From: a virus
Lineage: Duplodnaviria > Caudoviricetes
Virus record (IMG/VR): IMGVR_UViG_3300022555_000031
Location: 1 to 64,000 of that record
DNA length: 64,000 bases
Strand: one strand, 5' to 3'
This document shows, piece by piece, positions 1 to 7,844 of the stretch (the first letter of the stretch is position 1; the number at the start of each line of letters is the position of its first letter). The notes under the pieces were generated by a model. That model was not told the DNA's origin and searched no databases. It saw only the letters and a list, made by a program, of their open reading frames with translations. The position numbers and the translations under genes were made by a program.

Positions 1-354
1 GTGAGCGACAAGACGGAGTATAAGACTGCGAGGGATATGCTTGTTGATTGTGCTAACAACACATATTGTTTAACAGAAAAACTTGCTGAAGAATATTGTG
101 ATGTAATTCTTGCCGAAGGGGAGCGGAGGCAACAGGAAAAGGATAAAAGTTGGTTTGCTGGCTTTGGAAATGTAGGGATAGCGGAATATGAAAAGAGGGT
201 TAAAGCACAGGCAAAGAAAGAAGAGCGAGAGAGGATAGGGGGGATAATTGCGGAAATGGGGAACAGGTTCTCCCGTTCAAATGATTACCTTGAAGTAGTA
301 AATATACAACAAAGGGTATTGTTGGCAATTAAATCAGAGATAGCGAAGGAATAG
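1..354 (+). CDS. hypothetical phage protein (may extend upstream of window)
   Basis: 117-aa ORF at window edge; helical, resembles small ORFs at 26.9-28.7 kb (EGER/ERERI motifs). Confidence 0.65.
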   Translation: MSDKTEYKTARDMLVDCANNTYCLTEKLAEEYCDVILAEGERRQQEKDKSWFAGFGNVGIAEYEKRVKAQAKKEERERIGGIIAEMGNRFSRSNDYLEVVNIQQRVLLAIKSEIAKE

Positions 355-364
355 GGGAGGGGTT

Positions 365-508
365 ATGTCTGCGTTGTGGCAAATTATTTTATGTTTATTT
401 GGTAAACATGAGTCTATGTCTACGGTTTCATATGATTCCTGGAACCAAGTTGACGAGTATCGCTGTAAGCATTGTGGCAGATTTTATTATAAACGGCACA
501 AGTATTAA
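365..508 (+). CDS. small Zn-ribbon phage protein (47 aa)
   Basis: Manually translated MSALWQIILCLFGKH...YRCKHCGRFYYKRHKY; SD GGGAGGGG; below ORF-track cutoff. Confidence 0.6.
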   Translation: MSALWQIILCLFGKHESMSTVSYDSWNQVDEYRCKHCGRFYYKRHKY

Positions 509-518
509 GGGAGGGGTT

Positions 519-869
519 ATGGGAACGAGAAGAATAAGTGTTGCATATGAGGAAGTAGTTTCAACGGGCGAATACGCTACAGCAAGGTTCCGTATTGGCG
601 AGGAGTATGACATTGAGGTCCCCGATGATAACGGGGTCGCCGATATGCTTGTCTGCGGGGAGTTTGACAAAGCCAGCAAGGCGGTCAAACAGGCTGTTAA
701 GCATCAGCTCGGCAGGCTCCAGGACCCGATTACAGCTAAGATGGATACGGTTGAGGGGCAGATTGTCTACAAGAAGGCTGGCCTTGAGGCCCCTAAGCAT
801 AGGGCAGAGTTAAGCCCAGCGGTCCTCCAGGCTATGGAAGAGCTGGAGAAGGGGACGGTGCATGAATAA
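519..869 (+). CDS. hypothetical phage protein (116 aa; start revised from 399)
   Basis: ATG 519 preceded by GGGAGGGG SD; upstream part of the track ORF overlaps the 365-508 gene. Confidence 0.7.
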   Translation: MGTRRISVAYEEVVSTGEYATARFRIGEEYDIEVPDDNGVADMLVCGEFDKASKAVKQAVKHQLGRLQDPITAKMDTVEGQIVYKKAGLEAPKHRAELSPAVLQAMEELEKGTVHE

Positions 870-1461
870 ACTTACACTGGACAAGCCGATTCGCCAGGTG
901 ATGCAGGGGAGCAGAAAGGATTATATTATATTTGGGATTGATGCGAGTTCTCGGAGTACAGGGACCGCATGGATGGACCTGACTGGTAAGCTTTTAGGGT
1001 ATGATGCGATTATTCTCCCCAAAAAGTGGGCGTTCGGGAAGAAGTTATCCCAATATCGGTTCTCGCTTTTAAGGAGGCTCCAGGCGGTCCAGCCGATGTT
1101 TGTTGGGATGGAGGAGTTAAATTACTTTAGGAACGCTCAGACAGCCAGGGTCCTTGGTTCTATGCGTGGTGTGACGATGGAGATAGTCTACAGGTATAAC
1201 CAGTGCGACGTGTGGACATATTGCCAACCGACGCTCAAGAAGAATCTTGGTGTCCGTCATATAGGGACCCAGAAGTCGGAGGTGGCGAAGGCAGTGGAGC
1301 AGAGGTTCGGGATACAGGTTCCCAGGGACAAGGACCTGGTGTGGCAGGACATTTGCGACTCCATAGCGGTGGCGTGGACTTTATTCATTGAGATGAATGC
1401 GATGTTGGTATTCCAGGATGAGATACATGTTGTCAGTGGACCGACGGGAGTGCCAAGATGA
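862..1461 (+). CDS. ruvC: RuvC-like Holliday junction resolvase
   Basis: IFGIDASSRSTG, FVGMEE, P.TLKK..G....KSEV and DICDSIAVA acidic RNase H-fold motifs. Confidence 0.85.
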   Translation: MNKLTLDKPIRQVMQGSRKDYIIFGIDASSRSTGTAWMDLTGKLLGYDAIILPKKWAFGKKLSQYRFSLLRRLQAVQPMFVGMEELNYFRNAQTARVLGSMRGVTMEIVYRYNQCDVWTYCQPTLKKNLGVRHIGTQKSEVAKAVEQRFGIQVPRDKDLVWQDICDSIAVAWTLFIEMNAMLVFQDEIHVVSGPTGVPR

Positions 1462-1829
1462 CAGGCCGTTGTGCTAAATTAACCGTGGTGGCGATAATAG
1501 AAAAGGACGGCAAGTTCTTTGTTGGGTCAAATTACTGTTACAACCCGCAGAAGAAGTGTCCTCGGAGGAGTTTAACGACAGGGTCTGGGTATCTCCTGTG
1601 TAGGAAGATTTGCATGCAGAGGCATCACGCTGAGGTGGATTGTTGCAGGAAGGCTGGCCGAAAGAACACGGAAGGTAATACGATGTATCTGATAGGCCAC
1701 CATTACTGCTGTGATAAGTGCAAGGAAGTTATTAAGAGATATGGAATTAAGAAAGTGATTATAAATAAGTTGCCACCGACATGGAATTTGAATCCGTCGA
1801 TGGATTTAATTAAGGGGAGGAAAAAATGA
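1458..1829 (+). CDS. dCMP deaminase-like Zn-dependent deaminase
   Basis: CPRR, HHAEVDC (HAE) and HYCCDKC (CxxC) motifs. Confidence 0.8.
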   Translation: MTGRCAKLTVVAIIEKDGKFFVGSNYCYNPQKKCPRRSLTTGSGYLLCRKICMQRHHAEVDCCRKAGRKNTEGNTMYLIGHHYCCDKCKEVIKRYGIKKVIINKLPPTWNLNPSMDLIKGRKK

Positions 1830-1993
1830 GCAAGAAGCCGTGCTACATAAAAAGATTGGAACGCAGGAGAATCAAGAGGGAAGAGGTAGCGAAACAGCAA
1901 CAGCAAGAAGCCGAGGCTGTAAAGTCCCAGGCCGAGCTACGGTCCCCAGAAGTACCGAAGGTTGCCGAGTCTGATAATGGGGAGGCAAACTAA
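1826..1993 (+). CDS. hypothetical protein (55 aa)
   Basis: ATGA overlap with upstream stop, TAATG overlap with next start; SD GGGGAGG. Confidence 0.5.
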   Translation: MSKKPCYIKRLERRRIKREEVAKQQQQEAEAVKSQAELRSPEVPKVAESDNGEAN

Positions 1994-2196
1994 TGGATAA
2001 CAATACCCTTGCGGTTATTATCCCCGTAGCCATGTTCTTTTCGTGGGTGCTTGGAGTCGGCCACGGAAGGGCAAGCATGATGGATGAGAAGTCTAAGGTG
2101 GAGGGAGAAAATCGGGCCCTCAGGAGTCTATTGAGCCAGGATGAAGATATGCGACGCAAGGCCTGGCGTTTAGTGGACAAGAAAAAAAAGACTTGA
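1993..2196 (+). CDS. small membrane-anchored protein
   Basis: N-terminal hydrophobic segment followed by coiled coil; translationally coupled. Confidence 0.6.
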   Translation: MDNNTLAVIIPVAMFFSWVLGVGHGRASMMDEKSKVEGENRALRSLLSQDEDMRRKAWRLVDKKKKT

Positions 2197-2221
2197 CAAT
2201 AAGTCTTATACCTTGTATAGT
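2193..2221 (+). promoter_or_regulatory. sigma70-type promoter
   Basis: TTGACA-N17-TATAGT upstream of the 2256 ORF and the sbcD-Ubl-sbcC block. Confidence 0.75.
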
Positions 2222-2255
2222 ATGGGTAGGTTAGATTAGTTGGACGGGAGGCGAT

Positions 2256-2462
2256 ATGAAGATTTCCAGGTTTCTGAGAATAACGGCGACGGGCAGTGAG
2301 TTGACGGACCACAGGTGGGATGTCTCGAGATGGCACGACAACATGGGGATGGGTATCGACAAGTTCCACACGTACAAAGAGGCTCTTGCGTTTGCCAGGG
2401 CCTTGCAGTTGGCCTACAGGAATGTCGGTAGAGAGTATATAGTGCGGAGAGAGGCGATATGA
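2256..2462 (+). CDS. hypothetical protein
   Basis: SD GGGAGG, first ORF after promoter. Confidence 0.65.
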   Translation: MKISRFLRITATGSELTDHRWDVSRWHDNMGMGIDKFHTYKEALAFARALQLAYRNVGREYIVRREAI

Positions 2463-2698
2463 ATGATTTAATTGTGGAGATATTCAATGCCAACGAAGAG
2501 TTCTACCGTACTCTTGCCTCAAAATATAGGGATGGAAAAGTCCCCCCGTTAAAATTGAAACTCAACGTATCACGGATTAGTTTTCAGGGTGCCACAGAAT
2601 CGTTTCCGCTCCGCAACAGGTTAACTCTTGAGGGCACTGTGTGTGACGCAGAGTTTATGGGTAGGAAAAAAATCAAAATTACAAACAAGGGGAAGTAA
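2459..2698 (+). CDS. hypothetical protein
   Basis: ATGA/TAATG coupling to both neighbours. Confidence 0.65.
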   Translation: MNDLIVEIFNANEEFYRTLASKYRDGKVPPLKLKLNVSRISFQGATESFPLRNRLTLEGTVCDAEFMGRKKIKITNKGK

Positions 2699-3885
2699 TG
2701 AAAAAAGGAATAATCTCCGCAGACTGGCACATCGATTACAATAACAGGATGGATGACACCAGGGCACGCATTGACGAATTGGTCGACCATGCTATCGGGC
2801 ATAAGGTCGACTTTTTTGCGTTCAATGGTGACGCATACAAGAACTGCAGGCCCATGCCAGTAGAACAGGAGATATTTCAGTCGGCACAAATCAGGCTCGT
2901 AAATGCTGGCATCCAGGTTATAGACATTGTCGGCAATCACGACTATCCGAATAGCGAGAACCAGATACATTGTTTATCGGAGTGGAAGACGCTCGGCATA
3001 AAGGGTGTCACGGTTGTTGATGAGCCCTCGGTAATCTCCCTCGGTTCAGATGATGAAGGGCATTACGTGGCTCTTTGTATGCCACATATACCGAAATCTG
3101 TTACTGGTAAGAGAAGGTATGCCGAAGTTTATAAAGAGGAGTTTGAAAAACTCTGGGAAAATTACCAGGAGCATGTGAGGCATGTTTCCACGGGCCGTCC
3201 GTTTTACGTAATGTTCCTTTCACACGTCCTTGCTACTGGTGCCGTGCTTGGTGCTACTGATTGGGCTGTTGCCCAGGGCGACGGTGTAGATATTGCCGAG
3301 GTTCTGCGTGGCAAGTATATTGACCTTGGATTTTTAGGTGATGTTCATAAGGAGCAAAGCGTGTTGGTTCAGGGGCCTACGGTAGTAGCTTATAGCGGAA
3401 GCCTTGAGAGGATAGATTTCGGTGAAACAATGGATAGGAAGGGCTTCTACTCTGTTGAATTAGGACACCCGAGCAAGATGGAGTTTGTGGTCAATAACGC
3501 CGTTCCGTTTGTCGAGGTGGTTTGCAACATAACTACCTCATCTCCCATGAACGAACTCTCAGCCTTTCTGGAGCAAGAATTTCATAATCCAGGGAGGTAT
3601 GAGGGGGCTATCGTCAAAGTGGTGATAGAGGCGACCGAGGAGCAGGCCAGGTTGATAGACGAGACCAAGTTTAGGGAGCTGTTTGCCGAGCTCAGGCCAC
3701 GGGAGATAGCATCATTCCAGGTGAATGTAACTGGAGCCGAGCGGGTCCGTAACGAGAATGTAAACGAGAACGCCAGCCCAGTTGATACGCTGAAGGAATG
3801 GGTCGGGATGCAGGTTGATATATCGGAAGACAAAAAGGAACGTATTATCAAAACTGGGGAAAAAATCCTCAAGGGATTAAATTGA
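2698..3885 (+). CDS. sbcD: SbcD/Mre11-family nuclease subunit
   Basis: SADWH, NGDAY, VGNHD, SHV, GDVH (variant of GHxH) and YSGSLERIDFGE motifs; partner SbcC downstream. Confidence 0.92.
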   Translation: MKKGIISADWHIDYNNRMDDTRARIDELVDHAIGHKVDFFAFNGDAYKNCRPMPVEQEIFQSAQIRLVNAGIQVIDIVGNHDYPNSENQIHCLSEWKTLGIKGVTVVDEPSVISLGSDDEGHYVALCMPHIPKSVTGKRRYAEVYKEEFEKLWENYQEHVRHVSTGRPFYVMFLSHVLATGAVLGATDWAVAQGDGVDIAEVLRGKYIDLGFLGDVHKEQSVLVQGPTVVAYSGSLERIDFGETMDRKGFYSVELGHPSKMEFVVNNAVPFVEVVCNITTSSPMNELSAFLEQEFHNPGRYEGAIVKVVIEATEEQARLIDETKFRELFAELRPREIASFQVNVTGAERVRNENVNENASPVDTLKEWVGMQVDISEDKKERIIKTGEKILKGLN

Positions 3886-3902
3886 GACCAAGGAGGTCGA
3901 CA

Positions 3903-4178
3903 ATGGCACTGTTTGCAAAGAAAGCGAAGGGCAAGGTAGAGAAGGTCAGGGTAACTATCGTGAAGCTCAGCGACAAGCTGAAAGAGATTGTTGTCCCAGT
4001 CGGGACTACAATTGAGGCCTGTTTCAAGCAGGCGGGGATTGAAGTTGCCTCGCAGTTTGAACTCCGCAAGGTAATCAATCTTGGGGCGAAACCCAAGACC
4101 TACAAGGCAAAGTTCACGGATGCAATCAAGGAACCAACCAACGTGTTCTATTCACCAAATGTCAAGGGTGGAAGGTAA
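3903..4178 (+). CDS. ubiquitin-like beta-grasp protein (91 aa, C-terminus KGG-R)
   Basis: SD AGGAGGT at 3891; strand-strand-helix pattern (VRVTIVK/EIVVP/TIEACFKQAG), ends NVFYSPNVKGGR; adjacent to E2, JAB and E1. Confidence 0.8.
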   Translation: MALFAKKAKGKVEKVRVTIVKLSDKLKEIVVPVGTTIEACFKQAGIEVASQFELRKVINLGAKPKTYKAKFTDAIKEPTNVFYSPNVKGGR

Positions 4179-4185
4179 ACTAAAC

Positions 4186-4224
4186 GGGGCCGTCACCCAG
4201 GCTGTGGCTTGGGTGATGGCGTCC
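4186..4224 (+). promoter_or_regulatory. strong intergenic RNA hairpin after Ubl gene
   Basis: GCCGTCACCCAGGC-TGTG-GCTTGGGTGATGGC, 14-bp core with two G-U pairs plus 3 outer pairs; no U tract. Confidence 0.65.
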
Positions 4225-4238
4225 CACAGGAGAGGTAA

Positions 4239-6047
4239 ATGTCAATGGTAACTCCACGTGATGCAAGCACTTCATTCCCAGCTCCTGAGCCCATACGTGT
4301 AGGCGTAGATGGGCAGGATTATGAGATACGTGGGCCAAGCGAACCAGGCCTGTGGCGTGACGAGGGGATGACAATCGAGACAACTATTCCAAGCTCTTAT
4401 AGCATGGGCGTAAAAGAATCTCGTTCACAGGATATGACCGAGTATAAGCCAGAAGACATCAAGACGGTGGAGTATGGCGGGTATAAGATTACATACGAAG
4501 ATAGCAACGGGAAAGTTGCAGATTATCTTGATGCGTTCAAGGTGGTGGTTGACAAATACAAGATAAATGTTACAGTTTACAATGTGCACGACCGCAATAA
4601 TTTGCCCTACGTGGACACCTTGAAGTCTCCGTCCAGGGATACTTTGTTTATTACAAACTTCGCTGTGCCGATTGTGGCAAAGAGGAAGAAGGACAGATTT
4701 AAGTCTGTAAAAAAGTTCAAGGAGATGTCCGTTGTGCAGGGTGGGGAGAATATAATCCTCAAGTTGAACGATTGGGAAGTAAAGTTGGAGAAGGGCCAGT
4801 CAGATTCCTACGCTTATGATAGTGGCATTGCCGAGGAGTTTTGTATCCGTGACGATACAAACATAAACATCCTGGGCACGGTTGATGCGAACAAGATTTT
4901 CATATCGTTTGACCTGATGCACTCTTCGAGCGACGATTCCAAGAGAATATTCTTATACATCGTGGATAAAGCCATGCAAGTTATGACCGACCTACACGAT
5001 GAATTGTTTGGTGCTTTTGACCAAGACACCTACCTCCAGTTTTGCAACAAGGCCTTCTTGAAGATGGTGCAAGAAAAACGCAGGTCTATTTTGGCAATTA
5101 ACAGACAAACCCTTGATTTTGAGCACACTATATTTTGCCTTCAGCGTGACAAGTGGAAACTTGTTAACGAACTCAGGCATATGGACGAGAACGAGATTAT
5201 CCAGGAGAAGAAAGAGGAATACAGTGAGCTGGTTAAACTGGCAAGCCTCGGAGGCTACAAGGAGTTCAAGATAATAGATGGTTACCTTTATGCCTATACC
5301 AATGAAATAACGGTTGAATACAAGGAGAAAAATTATCTCTTAGGCGAGTTTGAGGTAAAAGTCGGTGGAGAGCGAGGCGAGTTGCATATCAGGAACTTGA
5401 CCAATCAAAGGAAGGGATACAACCACCCGCACGTCAATAGAGAGGGCCATTGTTGCCTGGGGAATATCAGTTCCGATGTCCAGAAGATGCTGGGTGCCGA
5501 GCAGTATCTAATGGCGTTCCAGATGCTTTATAACTTCCTGGCGTCTTATGACGACAAAAATCCGTACACCAAGATAGATTTGTGGGATACGGAGTGGGAC
5601 GGTAAGACGGTGGTGAGCACGGAATTATCTCTTGCCGACATAGACGAGCAACTCGAACGTGATGAGAACGATGTGGAGCCCAGCTTGGATGGTTCTGTCA
5701 GGAGCCCAAGGGTGAGCCCTGATGTTGCCGACAACCTAAGGAGTTTGCCTAACGACGTAGATAGGGAAATGGAGCAGGTTATGGCCAGACACGCAGACGG
5801 GCAGATGCTTGGGTCCCGTCCACAGACCAGTGAGGAACGGGCCAGAGCGATAGTACGGGAGGAGATTCTTGGGGTTGATTCGGATTTACCAGCGACCCAT
5901 GGAAATGGTATGGAGATTGTGAGGGTAGATATGTCGCAACCAGGGAGCGAGTCTTTGTCGCCCGAAACGCTTCGCAGTGCATTAACGGTGCACGGTATGG
6001 GCGAAGCACAGGAAAGAGAGCCAGCAACACCAGAGCTACAATTTTAG
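4239..6047 (+). CDS. coiled-coil + prokaryotic E2 (UBC-like) domain protein
   Basis: NHPHVNREGHCCLGN (HPHV..G..CLG E2 signature, codons from 5424) after a coiled coil; acidic disordered tail. Confidence 0.75.
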   Translation: MSMVTPRDASTSFPAPEPIRVGVDGQDYEIRGPSEPGLWRDEGMTIETTIPSSYSMGVKESRSQDMTEYKPEDIKTVEYGGYKITYEDSNGKVADYLDAFKVVVDKYKINVTVYNVHDRNNLPYVDTLKSPSRDTLFITNFAVPIVAKRKKDRFKSVKKFKEMSVVQGGENIILKLNDWEVKLEKGQSDSYAYDSGIAEEFCIRDDTNINILGTVDANKIFISFDLMHSSSDDSKRIFLYIVDKAMQVMTDLHDELFGAFDQDTYLQFCNKAFLKMVQEKRRSILAINRQTLDFEHTIFCLQRDKWKLVNELRHMDENEIIQEKKEEYSELVKLASLGGYKEFKIIDGYLYAYTNEITVEYKEKNYLLGEFEVKVGGERGELHIRNLTNQRKGYNHPHVNREGHCCLGNISSDVQKMLGAEQYLMAFQMLYNFLASYDDKNPYTKIDLWDTEWDGKTVVSTELSLADIDEQLERDENDVEPSLDGSVRSPRVSPDVADNLRSLPNDVDREMEQVMARHADGQMLGSRPQTSEERARAIVREEILGVDSDLPATHGNGMEIVRVDMSQPGSESLSPETLRSALTVHGMGEAQEREPATPELQF

Positions 6048-6059
6048 GGAGGAGCAAGA

Positions 6060-6683
6060 ATGCGAGTATTTTTTCCATATTTCAAGGTGTCGATAGAAGA
6101 AGCAACGTATAAAAGAATCATGGATATTACTATGGCCACCAAGGGTGAGTGGAGTTGTTTTGGTGTGGTGAAAAAAGACGGTAATAATTTCCTGATATCA
6201 GACATAGTCATCCCTAAGCAGGATAACAGTGCTGGGCAAACGACTATGGATATCGACGACCTTTGCGACATGGCGAGTGATATGGCTCTCCGTGGACAGG
6301 ATACTTCCGAGTGGCATTGCTGGATTCATTCGCACGGGGATTTCAATGTGTTCTATTCATCTACTGACAACAAAACCATAGACGGGTTTATGAAGTTCTT
6401 CTCGCAGGAGAATTCATACCTGATTTCGATAGTCGTGAATCACGCAGGGGAGTTGATATGCAGGGTTGATATCAACTATCCTGTTCGGGTTACGCTCGGC
6501 GAGGTTGTAGTGGAGATTAAGAAGGCGACGGTCCCGTTGTTAGCTCCTCCGCCGATAATAGACAAAGAGAGAGTGTTGACGCTTGTTAAAAATAGCAGGG
6601 GATTTTATAGTATTAGAGGGGCCAGGTTATACAGGACTCCGATAGAGGAAAGTATAGACGTTATAACCAAGGAGGATAAATAG
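6060..6683 (+). CDS. JAB/MPN+ metallopeptidase (deubiquitinase-like)
   Basis: N-terminal Glu (GEWSCFG) and WIHSHGDFNVFYSSTD = HxH-x7-S-x2-D JAMM motif. Confidence 0.88.
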   Translation: MRVFFPYFKVSIEEATYKRIMDITMATKGEWSCFGVVKKDGNNFLISDIVIPKQDNSAGQTTMDIDDLCDMASDMALRGQDTSEWHCWIHSHGDFNVFYSSTDNKTIDGFMKFFSQENSYLISIVVNHAGELICRVDINYPVRVTLGEVVVEIKKATVPLLAPPPIIDKERVLTLVKNSRGFYSIRGARLYRTPIEESIDVITKEDK

Positions 6684-7820
6684 ATGGATGCTGATATCAG
6701 GCAGATGCAAGAGTTTGTTCTAAACACCATAAGGACAACCTTTGTATCGGATTTGGTGGCAGGAGACCCCACGCCACTATTACCGCCACCAGCCCCGCCA
6801 GAGAGCAATGCAATGTTCTGGAGGCAGTTGGATATTGTAAACGTGGATAACCTAAGGACCCTCCCAATAGTAATCATTGGTGCTGGGGCTGTTGGAAGTT
6901 TTACCGCTTTAAGTTTGGCCAAGATGGGAGCGGAAGATATCACTGTTTACGATGACGATAAAGTTGAGATGCACAACCTACCCAACCAGTTCTATCGGTT
7001 GGCGGATATTGATAGGTTCAAGGTGCGGGCGTTAAGGGGTATCATCCAAGATTTCACTGGCATCAAGATAAAGATTTTCAACAAGAGATACAAGGCACAA
7101 CCGCTATCTGGGGTTGTTATTGTGACGGTAGATTCTATGGCCTCCAGGAAAATTATCTGGGAGAGGGCCAAGATGAACCCGCTGGTCCCGTTATATGTCG
7201 ATTCCAGGATGGGGGCACAGGTTTACGACATCCAATCCTTCCGTCCTACAGACATGGATGCGATAAAGTATTATGAAGAATCCTTACATGACGACAAGAA
7301 TACGCTCACTGAAAGATGCACGGAGAAGGCTATTATTTATACAGTGATGTCTATGGCTAATCTTTTGTGCAACATGGTGAAGAGGTTTATCCAGGGAGAT
7401 AAGGTTCCAATGCGTATCAATGGAGACGGCGTGACACTCATGCAGAACGTGGAAGAGGACCCGCTTGAGACCGAACCATTGCCATCCCTGGAAAAGGAAG
7501 AGGGTGTTGAGCCAGACTTATTCTCTGTCCGCAATAACATCGGCGACTTGGTTGGTCAGCCACTTACTGCAGGGAATCTACAGCGGGCAATGGAAGGTCT
7601 GCGGGTAACAAGACCTGATTCGTCAATAGACGTGGGGGAATATGAGCGGGCTTTGAGGTCTGCTGGAGTGGCGGTAGCTGAAAGGAGTGACGCCAGTAAT
7701 GTCGTTGAGGGCACCGCAAGGGAGAGTGTTATAACGGAGATTCCACTAAGGGCAACCACCAACAGGGTAGTGTTGAATGATGGAATATACCTCGGAGCAA
7801 GAGGGTCACGCTCCAGTTAG
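6684..7820 (+). CDS. E1/ThiF-family adenylyltransferase (Ubl-activating enzyme)
   Basis: IIGAGAVGS, YDDDKVEMHNLPNQF, VDSMASRK, YVDSRMG; candidate catalytic Cys in ERCTEK; no CxxC Zn sites. Confidence 0.9.
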   Translation: MDADIRQMQEFVLNTIRTTFVSDLVAGDPTPLLPPPAPPESNAMFWRQLDIVNVDNLRTLPIVIIGAGAVGSFTALSLAKMGAEDITVYDDDKVEMHNLPNQFYRLADIDRFKVRALRGIIQDFTGIKIKIFNKRYKAQPLSGVVIVTVDSMASRKIIWERAKMNPLVPLYVDSRMGAQVYDIQSFRPTDMDAIKYYEESLHDDKNTLTERCTEKAIIYTVMSMANLLCNMVKRFIQGDKVPMRINGDGVTLMQNVEEDPLETEPLPSLEKEEGVEPDLFSVRNNIGDLVGQPLTAGNLQRAMEGLRVTRPDSSIDVGEYERALRSAGVAVAERSDASNVVEGTARESVITEIPLRATTNRVVLNDGIYLGARGSRSS

Positions 7821-7844
7821 AACCTTGTAACAACGGAGGAATAC

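Noticed and set aside
399-518. Track start 399 for the 156-aa ORF (similarly 51877, 48735, 26018, 19841, 21569, 22076)
   Set aside because: The upstream extensions overlap other genuine genes and lack SDs; better SD-supported or coupled downstream starts were used.
3903-7820. Ubl + ThiF as thiamine/molybdopterin/sulfur-relay genes
   Set aside because: No thiG/moaE/cysteine desulfurase/rhodanese nearby; an E2-like protein and a JAB flank them and the Ubl is Arg-capped.
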